A stretch of DNA of 64,000 nt from Mytilus californianus (lineage: Eukaryota), in the NCBI RefSeq assembly GCF_021869535.1, contig NW_026262734.1, positions 40,024,487 through 40,088,486 of the forward strand, in the 5' to 3' direction. Below the pieces are notes generated by a model. It was given only the letters and a program-made list of their open reading frames with translations. It was not told the origin of the DNA and made no database searches. Both the position numbers and the translations under genes were made by a program. Positions 12,440 to 25,429 of this stretch are shown in pieces (the stretch's first letter is position 1; every line of letters starts with the position of its first letter).

Positions 12440-13757
12440 AAAATGGGCGCAGCTTGATACAACCGCAGAGGTGGAACCCTGAACAGTTGGGGCAAGTATG
12501 GACACAACATTCAAGCTTGATACAGCACTGAATTTGGATTGTGATTAAATATTTGACACAGCATAGGTTTCTGACACAGAATGAATGTGGTCTAAGAACT
12601 TAAAAAAATTTAATTTACCTATTCAAACCATATCATTATTATTTGCTTTTATATATAAATCAGAAATAACCAATTTAAAATGGAAAATTTTAAAGAAAAA
12701 AAGGAAAAAAAGGGAAAAAAATCCCTCCCCCAAATTTTTTGAACCCCCTTATGATTCATTACCCCCAAACCCAATCCCAACCTTCCCTTTGTGGTATGGT
12801 ACCCAGGTGCAGTACAAATTCAGAGAGATCCATACACTTGAACACAAGTTATTGTCTGGAAACTAGAAAAATGCTTGTTTTTTGGCCCCTTTTTGGCCCC
12901 AAATTCCTAAATGTTTAAGGCAATTACCCCCAAACTCAAACCCAGCTTTCCCTTTGTGATATGGAACCTTGTAGCACAATTTCATAAAGATCCATACACT
13001 TACACACAAGTTATTGTCCTGAAACTAGAAAAATGCTTGTTTTTTGCCCCTTTTTTGCCCCTAATTCCTAAAATTTTAAGGGAATTACCCCAAAATCAAT
13101 CCCAGCCTTCCCCTTGTGGTATGGTAGGTTGCAGTACAATTTCAGAGAGATCCATACACTTGAACACAAGTTATTGTCTGGAAACTAGAAGAATGCTTAT
13201 TTTTGGCCCCTTTTTGGTCCCTTATTCTTTAATGTTTTTGGGCAATTACCCCCAAACTCAATTCCAGCTTTCCCTTTGTGATATGGAACCTTGTAGTACA
13301 ATTTCAGAAAGATCCATACACTTACACACAAGTTATTATCATGAAACTAGAAAAATGCTTGTTTTTTGCCCCTTTTTTGGCCCCTAATTCCTAAAATTTT
13401 GAGGCAATTACCCCCAAAATCAATCCCAGCATTTCCTTTGTGATATGGAAACTTGTGGTATAATGTCAGAGAGATCCATACACTAACACACAAGTTATGT
13501 CTGGAAGTTACAAAAATGCTTATTTTTGACCCCTTTTTGGCCCCTAATTCCTTAACTGTTGGTACCATAACCTACGAAAATCAATCCCAACCTTCCTTTT
13601 GTGGTATTGAACCTGATGGTAAAATTTCATAGAGATCCATTCACTTAAACTAAAGTTAGAGTGCGAAAACCAATGTGTCTTTTGACGACGACGATGACGA
13701 CGACGACGCCAACGTCATATACCAATATTCGACCGCAAAATGTTTTTGCGGTCGAAT
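12440..13757 (+). mobile_element. Composite hairpin-ended element (Helentron/HINE-like), copy E2
   Basis: Terminus aataaaatgggcgcagcttgatacaaccgcagaggtggaaccctgaacagttggggcaag at 12440. Six tandem ~160-bp units at 12760..13650 (ccctttgtgatatggaaccttgtagtacaatttcagaaagatccatacacttacacacaagttattgtc...). Then (GAC)n tract and hairpin atattcgaccgcaaaatgtttttgcggtcgaata at 13726..13757. Confidence 0.75.
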
Positions 13758-14708
13758 AAAAAATTTTAAAAAGCAAAACATATCAGCAAGACAAGATCTG
13801 CAAATAGGTCAGCATTATGGGTCATTATCAAAAAACATGCAAATTTCGATGAAGTAATATTTGGAAAAACGATGTCATTGTTTAAAACATTTAAATGTGT
13901 CCCTCTATTCTATAGTATGGTAGCAACTATTTTCAGAAATATGCAATGGGAAAAATGAAGGGTTCCTTCAATTTCAACAATTTTAGGTCATCCTTTGATA
14001 GAATCGTGTCAATGGTGTTACCAATTAAAACATGCATTTAGGTACTAAATATTATTGTTAAACATTAAACAACTGTTCCAATTTGTTGTTAAGGTTTAAA
14101 TTACTACTTATTGACATTATTCCTCTAGCTATACATTCTTTTTAAACATAAATTTCAGATTACATTGTCGTAAACAAGTTGGCTGTCCTAATTATGGCTG
14201 TTGTAAATACTAAAAAATACACTTAAATTGAATATATGTATAATGTATAAGATGAAATGATAAGAATATGCTTAATCCTTCGTATACAACATAAAAACGC
14301 TTTCATTTATGAATCAAAATTAAAAAGTATCGCATTTTTATATAGTAACAACACTGACTCTTCAGTAACTCCAATGACACAAAAGTATCACCATTGACAA
14401 CACATTTCAAAATTTACTTTTATTAAGTACTGAACACAAAACAGAGAACACTGAGCAAATGAAAAAGAAGAAAAAAATAATTCTTAGGCTTAAAAATCTC
14501 AAATTATATAACATATTAAATATCAATAACTAAAAATGTCAGTAGTGTTACTAAATAGTGTCATTGGTGTTACCAGCATACACCAGTTTTTGAAAACTTT
14601 GTATATGTAATACATGATATATTGTTAAATAAGTATTGTTTGTTATAAATAATATGATGTTTCGCTTGTTAAACATGAAAGAAACACCAAAAAATGCTGA
14701 TTGTCATA

Positions 14709-14914
14709 CTGTAAATTCAGAAATTATTGCGTGCATTTATTATTGCGATTTTGTCATTTTAGACTAAAATGCGATTTTAATTTTTGCGATAATGAGAAAA
14801 ATCCTGTTTAATTCATACAACAAATTTCAAAATGCGAGTTTAAATTATTGCGATTATAACCCTGTCGCATTTTTCGCAATAATAAAAACATCGCAATAAT
14901 TTCTGAATTTACAG
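14709..14914. mobile_element. Stowaway-like MITE, 206 bp, 24-bp TIRs, TA target-site duplication
   Basis: TA|ctgtaaattcagaaattattgcg ... cgcaataatttctgaatttacag|TA; second family member at 49740..49926. Confidence 0.75.
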
Positions 14915-16423
14915 TAATATATTCAGTGGTGTTACTTAAAGCTGGTCAACGGTGTTATTTTATTAAAATGGTCTCACCATTGACAGTAACACCATTGATT
15001 TTCAGGTGTATTTTAAGGTTTAGTTACAAAATAAGGGCTCCATTCCCCTATTTTATATGGCGTTCCTGGTGCATGTTTCTACAATCAATATATTTCATAA
15101 TTCAAAGTTCAGGAATTTAAAAAAAAAAAGATTTTTATAAGGGTACACCATGGACACTATTTTCAATTACGATATAGCTTGTACTTACTTTTAATATTTT
15201 TTTACTAAATTTTCAACATAAATGTTTGTTTTCTTTTGCATAACATGCTAACAGGTAACATTGCTAAGGGAGAAACTATTGTTAATGCTGAAATATTGAG
15301 AAAGATAACTCTTACCCTACCAATTTGTCTTTTGGTTACACCATTGACTTAAAAAATGAGACTTTTCCTTTTGGTTAAATTTTTTATTATAAAACCAACA
15401 TACACCTTCCAAATCATTAAAAAAATGTTTGTATGTATCAAATGCAATAAAAAGTGATAATTTCTAATAACAAATGATATGAATAATAGCCCTATTTCAG
15501 GTCTGAAGGGATTTATAGTAAAAAATAACAGTTGATTCTGGCTATATCCAAGGGTTTGAGAAAAAATTAAGAATGTTTTTATAACATTTCATACTGTAAA
15601 CTGTGTATAGTGTATCACAAAACATTCATATCTTTCATATGCAATAGTTATTTTGATACATTTTGATATAGTTTCATGTCTTTTGACCTGAAAAGACCAA
15701 ATAACATAGTTTTGCATGTTTTTTTGATAATGACCCATATGTAGATGAATTTGTAATTTGTCTTTGAAAAAAATCATGGCTTAAATGATGATTTTGACCC
15801 TTTTTTGTGTTTATCATTTCTAATTCTGGTATAGATTCAAGATTCCAATCATATTCATACACACACAAAAAAAAGTCAAAATACAACAATTTGACAATAA
15901 TTTAAATTTAATTACCATAGGTAAGATACACGTTAGAAGCATTTACTGATCAATGATTAGGGAAACACTTGATAATATTGATTCTTTCAGTTAATTATAA
16001 TGCAAGCTTTTTTCTATTATATGTATGCCAAGGATTTGGAGTTCTTCAAGTATGCAGACGATTTTTTTCTGAGCAGACATAAAATACCATCTTGAAGTTC
16101 TAGTGCTATTTCTGTCTTATTTAAAACACTTCGATAACCATGAATCGGGATTTCCCTTGTGGTGTAATATCTAAAAATAATTACTGGATGCATTGATTGG
16201 TCAGTTGAAGACACTCCTACACTGCGGTAAAACCGGAACTTGTGAAAAAGGTGTTAACCACTGGACTGGTCAGAACAAAGTCAAAGAAGTTCAACCTCGA
16301 CAAGGTAAACAGCTTAGTTAACATTGGCAGTAATTATCATTGACTTGAATGTCTGACATCATAATGACACATTGCAAAATGAAACCGAAAGTTACAGGGG
16401 CACCGGTCCAGAGGCAGAGAGTT

Positions 16424-19400
16424 GGGCTTTCCACAGGGGTTTGTTACAAATTATTTGCCGGGTTTACTATCCATACGAACCCCGAAAAAAACCCCGAAAA
16501 AATCACTTTTTCGGGGTTCGTATGGTATTACGTACATGGGGGGACATATACCTCATTACCTGCCTCCCCATGCCGCTAAAGTTATATTTGCTTAAGAGCA
16601 ACAAAAACATCTATTTCCATAACACGTTTATTTCAAAGAGACAGATAACATCACATCAAATATGCATCATCATCATACAAAGGGACACAACTCTCACGAC
16701 TTAACTACAAAACACATACGACCATACAATACATATACATGTATATAACATCCCGCCCCCAAAAAGAAAATTTCCCAAATTTTATCAAAAAGGTGTATGT
16801 GTTTTATCCATATACAATTTCAAGAAGAAGAAAAATTGCACTAAAATTCAAACTATATAATCACTTCCGTATAAGACTAAAATCAGTTTCCAAATAATCT
16901 TTGTAAATAAATTTATAATAACTGAAATGTTCGTGGCTGACCAGTTCTCACATCCAGCATCCATTGGCATACACACCAGTATCAACAATGCAGAAAAATC
17001 CGAACGTCTGGCATCTCGATCTCCCCCTTAGGACTTTATGCACACATTACGTCCATTCAACAACACAAAAAAAAAATGCATTTGATACATTTACTCAGTC
17101 TACTAAATGGAAAATACTAGAATGTTGTGATAGATAATCATCAGAGACCTTTAACTCTTAAAAAAAATGGTAAATATTACATCAATGAAACACTTCATAA
17201 GTAACATATGTCAGTAAAAGAAAATACAACTAATTCTCCCTCTCTAACATGTCCAATCTCTCATACTTCACGCTCACAAAAATAAAATAAAGATGAAACA
17301 AATGAAAAGCTCCAGAAATGTCAATATCAACCTAGGTTTTATTAATGACTATTATCCCATCGCTACTGACAATCCGCTGTCAAATCAGTCCAACTGTTAA
17401 CAGAAATGTTGTGTATAAACAATACACTCATACCAGATAATTCATAGAAAAATCCTTGAGACAAAATTGAATTCATAATTAATATTCGAAATAAGTCCGT
17501 GTTTGTCCTTGTAACTGGGTAGCGTACGACGAGATAAATCTCACACGTACCGTCTGCAGTAGAATTTAAATAGTTCAAAACTGTAACACATTTTCCCTGC
17601 TAAATCCTAAATACACATATAGGTCAAGCTGATTAGTTACTAAAGATAATGCCAATTACTAAGCAACTATATTCCAAGTACTGTAAGATGATAGGCCGGG
17701 ACGTCACATGACACATGCTACAGTTTTCTGCACACATAAACATACACAGCTGTATTTCTTGATGTTAGACCAACGCCAAATTGCGGTTAAAAGTTTAATT
17801 GTTTGTGTCTAAATTTCGATCGCGTCCAACAGTCCAAATGATAATTAAAGTTCAGATGACAATAAACAATTGCGAAATACTTTTGATATTAATATGCATG
17901 TACAATGTAGTTTAAAAACAGTTCCTTAAATTTTACCGTTTTCTTTTGTTGACGAAAACTCCCATGGTGACTTCTGAATATTGGCTAAATCCAAATTAAA
18001 AACATCAAAATTTAACATAAAATCCAAAAATTGGTTCCAGTGTCAACTGCATGGTACTGCTATACTCCACTGAACAAAATTCCAAGATTTCAACGTGGTC
18101 AAAATTTAATAATGGCGCCGCCAGCCTCGTGGTCTAGACTTTTAGAAAGTTGATTCTTCATCTTTGGGGACAGCTCACATAAAATACACTCAAAGGGACA
18201 GTTTTGAAGTCCTCCACCATATTACGTACATGGGGGGACATATACCTGCCTCCCCATGCCGCTAAAGTTATATTTGCTTAAGAGCAACAAAAACATCTAT
18301 TTCCATAGCACGTTTATTTCAAAGAGACAGATAACATCACATCAAATATGCATCATCATCATACAAAGGGACACAACTCTCACGACTTAACTACAAAACA
18401 CATACGACCATACAATACATATACATGTATATAACAATGGATAGTAAACCCGGTAAATTGTAACAAACCCCTGTGGGATTTCCTCAAATTTTCTAGTCCA
18501 AATTATAATTAAGCTCACAGAAAACAATTAAAATAGCCTTTCTAGACGTCACATAATTATTTGGACTACAAATTTTCTGTCGCTGTATTTTTCAACAAAC
18601 CCCATTTTTAGCTCACCTGACCTGAAAGGTCAAGTGAGCTTTTCTCATCACTTTGCGTCCGTCGTCCGTAAACTTTTACAAAAATCTTCTCCTCTGAAAC
18701 TACTGGGCCAAATTTGACTAAACTTGGCCACAATCATCATTAGGGTATCTAGTTTAAAAAATGTGTCCGATGACCCCGCCAACCAACCAAGATGGCCGCC
18801 ATGGCTAAAAACAGAACATAGGGGGTAAAATGTAGATTTTGGCTTATATCTCTGAAACCAAAGCATTTAGAGCAAATCTGACATGGGGTAAAATTGTTTA
18901 TCAGGTCAAGATCTATCTGCCCTGAAATTTTCAGATGAATCGGACAACCCGTTATTGGGTTGCTGCCCCTGAATTGGTAATTTTAAGGAAATTTTGCCGT
19001 TTTTGGTTATTATCTTGAATATTATTATAGATAGAGATAAACTGCAAACAGCAATAATGTTCAGCAAAGTATGATCTACAAATAAGTCAACTTGACCAAA
19101 ATGGTCAGTTGACCCCTTAAGGAGTTATTGCCCTTTATAGTCAATTTTTAACCATTTTTCGTAAATTTTTGTAATCTTTTACAAAAATCTTCTCCTCTGA
19201 AACTACAAAGACAAATTTAACCAAAATTGTCCACAATCATCATTAGGGTATCTAGTTTAAAAAATGTGTCCGATGACCCTGCCCGCAAACCAAGATGGCC
19301 GACATGGCAAAAAAATAATACATAGGGTAAAATGCAGTTTTTGGCTCATATCTCTGAAACCAAAGCATTTAGAGCAAATCTGATGGTATAAAATTGTTCA

Positions 19401-19945
19401 TTAGGTCAAGATCTATCTGCCCTGAAATTTTCAGACCAATCAGGCAACATGTTGTTGGGTTGCTGCCCCTGAATTGGTAATTTTAAGAAAATTTTGCAGC
19501 TTTTGGTTATTATCTTGAATATTATTATAGATAGAGATAAACTGTAAACAGCCATAATGTACAGCAACGTTAGATCTACAAATAAGTCAACATGACCAAA
19601 ATTGTCAATTGACCCCTTAAGGAGTTATTGCCCTTTATAGTCAATTTTTTACAATTTTCATAAATTTTGTAAATTTTTGTAAATTTTTACAAAATATTTT
19701 CCACTGTAACTACTGGGCCAAGTTCATTATAGATAGAGATAATAGTAAGGAGCAAGAATGTTCAGTAAAGTAAGATCTACAAACACATCACCATCACCAA
19801 AACACAATTTTGTCATGAATCCATCTGTGTCCATTGTTTAATATGCACATAGACCAAGGTGAGCGACACAAGCTCTTTAGAGCCTCTAGTTCGGGGTTCC
19901 CATGGATAGTAAACCCGGCAAATAGTAACAAACTTTGTGGTATAT
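16424..19945. mobile_element. Foldback/long-TIR element complex with three copies of a ~45-bp terminal repeat and internal 505-bp tandem repeats
   Basis: cacaggggtttgttacaaattatttgccgggtttactatccatacgaaccccg at 16424. Its reverse complement occurs at 18438..18482 (atggatagtaaacccggtaaattgtaacaaacccctgtggg) and again at 19880..19945 (cggggttcccatggatagtaaacccggcaaatagtaacaaac). Palindrome cgaaccccgaaaaaaaccccgaaaaaatcactttttcggggttcg at 16472..16520. A 215-bp core is duplicated at 16535..16750 and 18222..18437. Confidence 0.6.
18650..19790. repeat. Tandem repeat, ~505-bp unit x2.3
   Basis: tttacaaaaatcttctcctctgaaactac...ccacaatcatcattagggtatctagtttaaaaaatgtgtccgatgacc...ttggttattatcttgaatattattatagatagagataaactg recurs with 505-bp period. 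Shares the ttatcttgaa..atagatagagataa block with the 5' leaders of elements E1 and E2. Confidence 0.8.
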
Positions 19946-20179
19946 GTATGTGAACTCAAAGAAAAGGTATTGTCGAATTTACCAACTTCAATGTTTGTTA
20001 TATTAATATTGCCAGCCTTAATGCCTTGTGAAAATGAAAAAAGAAATTTTCATGGGATGTGTGCAGTGTTTTTTCAAAGTTTTGAGAGTCATTTTTGTAT
20101 TATTTAATATTTCCTTGTATTATGGGTTTTCGTGCTATTTAGAATTGACATCACAATTTCCATTAAAAATTAGCATGCA

Positions 20180-20760
20180 TAGTGCGAAACCTTACTGAAA
20201 AAATTAGCCTCCTGCAAATATTTGCTTCAAGTCTGCTGCAGACTTGCAGCAAACATTTGATAGGCATTTACAGCAAGCTTGCTGCAACTGTGCGGCAAGT
20301 CTGCCGCAAACAATTTACCATGCAAATGAGTGTTCGCTGCAGATCAGCGGCAAACATTTATATGCAAATTAATCTTTTTCCTGCGTGTTTGCTGCAATTA
20401 CTCAAACACCATCAACATGTTCAATATTGAGCACCAAATTTCAAATTTTAACTTCCAGGAAGTTACCAGTAGGCAATTATTGCTCAGTCATTTAATGTAA
20501 TTCTTGCAATGTTCTTGCAAACATTAAGAATGGTCAAAGATTTCTACAATCTAGCTGTGAACATCCTTATATTCTAAATTTTGCTGCAATCTTACTAAGA
20601 ACATAATTGTTTCTGCGAACTTGCAGCAAGCTTGCAGCAAAAAGCTGCAAACATCTGCAAACATTATTTCCAGGTTTCCTGCAAACTTTTTGTTTGCAGC
20701 AAATCTGCAGCAGACCTGCTGCAGATCTGCAGCAAACATTTCAGTTCTAGATTTGAGGAT
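20180..20760. repeat. Low-complexity region built from TGCAGCAAA / TTTGCTGCA 9-mers and short palindromes
   Basis: Dozens of gcagcaaac / gtttgctgc motifs; perfect palindrome ttgcagcaagcttgctgcaa at ~20270; near-palindrome tttgcagcaaatctgcagcagacctgctgcagatctgcagcaaa at ~20690; ORFs on both strands are repeat translations. Confidence 0.6.
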
Positions 20761-21174
20761 GAAGAGATGAAAATTTATCTGAAAGATCAATTAGATAACA
20801 GAGTCGTCAGACCATCCACATACATGTAATTCATATGACGTGCGAAAACATATGATCTGACAATTTGTATTAATTTAATTCTTTTCTCATTTAAAGTTAA
20901 GCTTAGTTTTTCCTGTTTGAAATTTGTGTCCCCATTTCTTTCTTCAGCAGTTATTACCCAATAGTCCTACATCATTTACATACAGTTTTAAAAAGAAGCC
21001 AATAATTTGCAGAAAGCGTTTCTGACAACTTTCCATTTTAGCGAACTTCCATTTTAGCCCCAGTCAAAGGGTGTTCTGTTGCCTCCAACTTTAGCACTAT
21101 AACTGTCAGTGTAACATATGTAAGTCTTGCTTGAAGTGGTCATCTTGTTGTTATCTGAAGGTTCAGTTTAGAAA

Positions 21175-21290
21175 TAAGAAGATGTTGTATGATTGCCAAT
21201 GAGACAACTCTCCCATCAGTGCCCAAATGACGTAAAAGTTAACAACTTTAAGTCACTGTATGGCCTTCAACAATGAGCATCATGATCATC
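21175..21290 (+). mobile_element. SINE-like repeat, 5' half
   Basis: gaagatgttgtatgattgccaatgagacaactctcccatcagtgcccaaatgacg...cactgtatggccttcaacaatgagca. Confidence 0.6.
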
Positions 21291-21366
21291 ATAAATAGCT
21301 TCTGTTGGTACTGAAGATAAAGTGTCCTGAGATGAATTGAAAAGATCTCCAATCTGCAATGCTTAA

Positions 21367-21412
21367 GCACAGTCGCCTGGAGATCTTCAGGCGACTGTGG
21401 CTTAAAGTGGCA
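21367..21412. repeat. 19-bp inverted repeat (stem-loop) with 9-bp loop
   Basis: gcttaagcacagtcgcctg gagatcttc aggcgactgtggcttaaag. Confidence 0.5.
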
Positions 21413-22306
21413 CTAGCTGTCAAATTCATGTTCACCGATTTGACTCAAATTCTCATATTTGATTTATAACAATGTAAAACATTTATCCAAATTATAAAAA
21501 AGTCTAAAATAAACAATATTCCGGGCATGGGCTCGATAATATGTAGCTTTGTTTCGTGTGTATTTTAGTCTAGACACCATCTAATTAACTGTCGAGTTGA
21601 CCCCCGAAGACCTCCAATTGCCATATAAGTGATATAAACATAAATAAAGATATAAATAGATAGCAGACGCGTGCATTTGGATTTTTCTATGTCTGTTTAA
21701 TTTCATATTATAGATTAAAAATATATGTTAATCGTAGTTTTTACCTGTATAAGAATGATTTTTTGTGGATCGAACCAGTCAATCAAATTATTTACCTTTG
21801 TTTCACTTTCAATGTTGACATTCTTTTCCTTTAAATAATTGAACACGCACAATGCATGCGGTATCCATCTCTAGCCAAGGGGTTAAATTGAAGTTCACAT
21901 GAATACGGATTCAATGAGGTCGAATTATTCACTTGCAAGTGAACAATTCATCCTCAATGTTTCTTAGCTTATTTTGACAAAATTGAACCATAATGGCTGC
22001 TAAAAGCGATATATTATTTCACTATTTCACTTTCATTAATGATTGAACAAAAAAAATCATATTTTATATTTTTTATATATCTCGTAGCTAGTGCCCCTTT
22101 AAGGCTCAGTAAAGTCTGTCATTTTAATTTATAAAGAAATGTGGATAGGCTTATAATTTATTGTTCATCTGGTACTTCAGCAAGAAGATATATTATATTA
22201 TTGAAGATACCAGGTAGTAGTTTAAAGTTATCAGTTATCAGTTTATATTTCCTTAAAACATAGGTCAGTCAGACATCAGCCAGAACAAAATGATAGAACT
22301 ACTTTT

Positions 22307-24045
22307 TATACAACCGCAAAAAAATTTTGTGGTCGTATATTGGTTAAGGTTAAGGAATTAGTTTATGGATCTCTCTGACATTGTACCAAAGGGTTACATA
22401 CCACAAAGGGAATGCTGGGATTGATTTTGGGGGTAATTGCCTCAAAATTTTGGGAACAAGGGGCCAAAAAAGGGGCAAAAAACAAGCATTTTTCTAGTTT
22501 CATGACAATAACTTGTGTGTAAGTGTATAGATCTTTCTGAAATTGTACTACAAGGTTCCATATCACAAAGGAAAAGCTTGAATTGAGTTTGGGGGTAATT
22601 GCCCAAAAAGTTTAGGAATAAGGGGCCAAAAATAAGCATTTTTCTAGTTTCCAGACAATAACTTGTGTTCAAGTGTATGGATCTCTCTGAAATTGTACTG
22701 CAAGGTACCATACCACAAAGGAAAGGCTTGGATTGATTTTGGGGGTAATTGTCTCAAAAGTTTAGGAATTAGGGGCCAAAAAGGGGCAAAAATCAAGCAT
22801 TTTTCTAGTTTCAGGACAATAACTTGTGTGTAAGTGTATGGATCTTTCTGAAATTGTACTTCAAGGTTCCATATCACAAAGGGAATGCTGGGATTGATTT
22901 TGGGGGTAATTGCGTCAAAATTTTAGGAATTAGGGGCCAAAAAAAGGGCAAAAAACAAGCATTTTTCTAGTTTCATGACTATAACGTGTGTTCAAGTGTA
23001 TGGATCTTTATGAAATTGTACTACAAGGTTCCATATCTCAAAGGGAATGATGGGATTGATTTTGGGGGTAATTGTCTCAAAATTTTTTATGAATTAGGGG
23101 CCAAAAAAGGGGCAAAAAACAAGCAGTTTTCTAGTTTCATGACAATAACTTGTGTGTAAGTGTATGGATCTTTCTGAAATTGTACTACAAGGTTCCATAT
23201 CACAAAGGGAAAGCTGGAATTGAGTTTGGGGGTAATTGCCCAAAACATTTAGGAATAAGGGGCCAAAAAGGGCCAAAAATAAGCATTTTTCTAGTTTCCA
23301 GACAATAACTTGTGTTCAAGTGTATGGATCTCTCTGAAATTGTATTACAAGGTACCATACCGCAAAGGGAATGCTGGGATTGATTTTGGGGGTAATTGCC
23401 TCAAAAGTTTAGGAATTAGGGGCCAAAAAGGGGCAAAAAACAAGCATTTTTCTAGTTTCAGGACAATAACTTGTGTGTAAGTGTATGGATCTTTATGAAA
23501 TTGTACTACAAAGTTCCATATCACAAAGGGAAAGCTGGGTTTGAGTTTGGGGTTAATTGCCCTTAACGTTTAGGAATTAGGGGCCAAAAAGGGCCAAAAA
23601 TAAGCATTTTTCTAGTTTCCAGACAATAACTTGTGTTCAAGTGTATGGATCTCTCTGAAATTGTACTGCAAGGTACCATACCAAAGAGGGAAGGCTTAGA
23701 TTGAGTTTGGGGGTGATGAATCATAAGGGGGTTCAAAAAATTTGGGGGGAGGGATTTTTTTTTCCTTTTTTTTTCTTTAAAATTTTCCATTTTAAATTGG
23801 TTATTTCTGATTTATATGTAAAAGCAAATAATAATGATATGGTTTGAATAGGTCAATTAATAATTTATAAGTTCTTAGACCACATTCATTCTGTGTCAGA
23901 AACCTATGCTGTGTCAAATATTTAATCACAATCCAAATTCAGTGTGTATCAAGCTTGAATGTTGTGTCCATACTTGCCCCAACTGTTCAGGGATTCGACC
24001 TCTGCGGTCGTATCAAGCTGCGCCCAGCGGAACATTTTATTTTTT
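22307..24045 (-). mobile_element. Composite hairpin-ended element (Helentron/HINE-like), copy E3, inverted orientation
   Basis: Hairpin tatacaaccgcaaaaaaattttgtggtcgtata at 22307..22339. About 8 tandem ~160-bp units at 22360..23720 in reverse complement. Poly-G/T tract. Terminus ...ccccaactgttcagggattcgacctctgcggtcgtatcaagctgcgcccagcggaacattttatttt at 23990..24045. Confidence 0.75.
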
Positions 24046-25413
24046 GTGACAAGCTCTCTTTACTGTAGGAAACACGGGTACATGTTTCTGAAAAAAATAC
24101 CTATCGTGTATAATTGGTTTTAAATCAAGGTTATTATTCTCCATTAGGAACAATTACGAGTTTTCAAAGTGATAACAATTTAAATTTTGGTATTTAGGTT
24201 TTTCATTAAATTTTAGAATGTAAAAATTGTACTCATAATTTATGGATAATGAAATTTCTTTCTAGATGAAACTTATTTATATTTTTCAAGACTTCCCATG
24301 TAGAAGCTCAGAAAACTACAATCCTTCATTCAGCCATACTTTTTTTTTAACAACATTAGTGAAAATAAAAATCTTTGCTTACAAAAAGTTACATTTACCA
24401 TGTTTACAATGAATTTAAAGTACAACTGTCACCTTAAAAATGTCTTTTTGAAATATGAAGATATCATTTTTTTCTCACAGTAAACCCCTGATTTAAGAAA
24501 GTAATGCCTCTCTTGGGGAACTTTTTGCGTGAACCCCTGAGGGTTCACGCATATAAATTAGTTAGAAATATAGTCTATGGAGGAATATTCGGAAGCTAAA
24601 TTATTGTTCATTCGGAACACCTATTAATCTTATCTGTATTAGCTTCCTGCAATTAAGAGCACCTCCATACGGGGTATCTAAGATATTTAAAACATGACAA
24701 AAAAGAATTTTCACAGATCACTAATTCACTTATCTGATATATGATAATAAACAATCTATAGATCCTTTTCAAACATGTATATTTATTGTAAAGCTACATT
24801 TTATGCACTGACTTGAGCAAAGTTGACAGTTGTACCCTTTGATAAACAAGTGAAAGATAAATGGTCAAGATTTAATTATAACGACCTATGCATATGGTAT
24901 CAAACATCTGTGTATAGATATTCACAGAGAGATATTTTAAAATAGTGCTGTGGCTTCTACATAATGAGTTATAGTTGGCTTTGGGATTTGATTTGTAACA
25001 ATAAAATCATTATGCATACTTGTCATTTTGACAAATCAGATAAAAAAAATCTGTATCAACTGAAAATAAAACAAGTAAAATATTAAAAGACTATTCGTTA
25101 ATATACATTTTTTACAACTTTTACTGTTTCCTTTTTACAGTATTCTCTATCAATTAAGTTATCTTGTAATCTAATTAATTGTTTATTTAATTGATTGATG
25201 TCACTATTATTTCTTATATTATTCACACACTGTAAATTAATACTCTTAAATTTATGTGTCACAGTGTTTTGGATGTGCACTAGTGATTGCAGGTAAATAT
25301 TGATACGTTTCTGTGTTTTTAATATACGTGACTTAACATCAAGAATTCCATTACTATGGAATCGATCACCTTTGTACACTTCGGTATCTAAATAGGGGTA
25401 GTATAAAAAAAAA

Positions 25414-25429
25414 GGGGGGGGGGGGGGGG
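25414..25429. repeat. Homopolymer G16 tract flanked by A9
   Basis: aaaaaaaaagggggggggggggggg. Confidence 0.9.

Noticed and set aside
12585-13387. ORFs of 93 and 158 aa (and similar at 22363..23790, 29191..29451, 35117..35491, 52556..52819, 54443..55800) with repeated peptide PCSTISERSIHL
   Set aside because: They are translations of the ~160-bp satellite in both orientations; the peptide repeats with the DNA period and stops differ between units. Not coding.
12700-13650. Possibility that the regular tandem arrays are CRISPR-like
   Set aside because: Units are 133-166 bp with no unique spacers, occur in a spliced eukaryotic context, and are bounded by transposon termini. They are satellites.
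13675-13857. ORF starting MSFDDDDDDDDANV
   Set aside because: Poly-Asp comes from the (GAC)n microsatellite that is a conserved subterminal part of the composite elements; the same block occurs in every copy.
23990-24010. tRNA-like T-arm motif GGTTCGACC in the element termini (cagggttcgacctctgcgg)
   Set aside because: No D-arm, anticodon stem or acceptor stem can be folded around it; the motif is part of the conserved transposon terminus in all nine copies.
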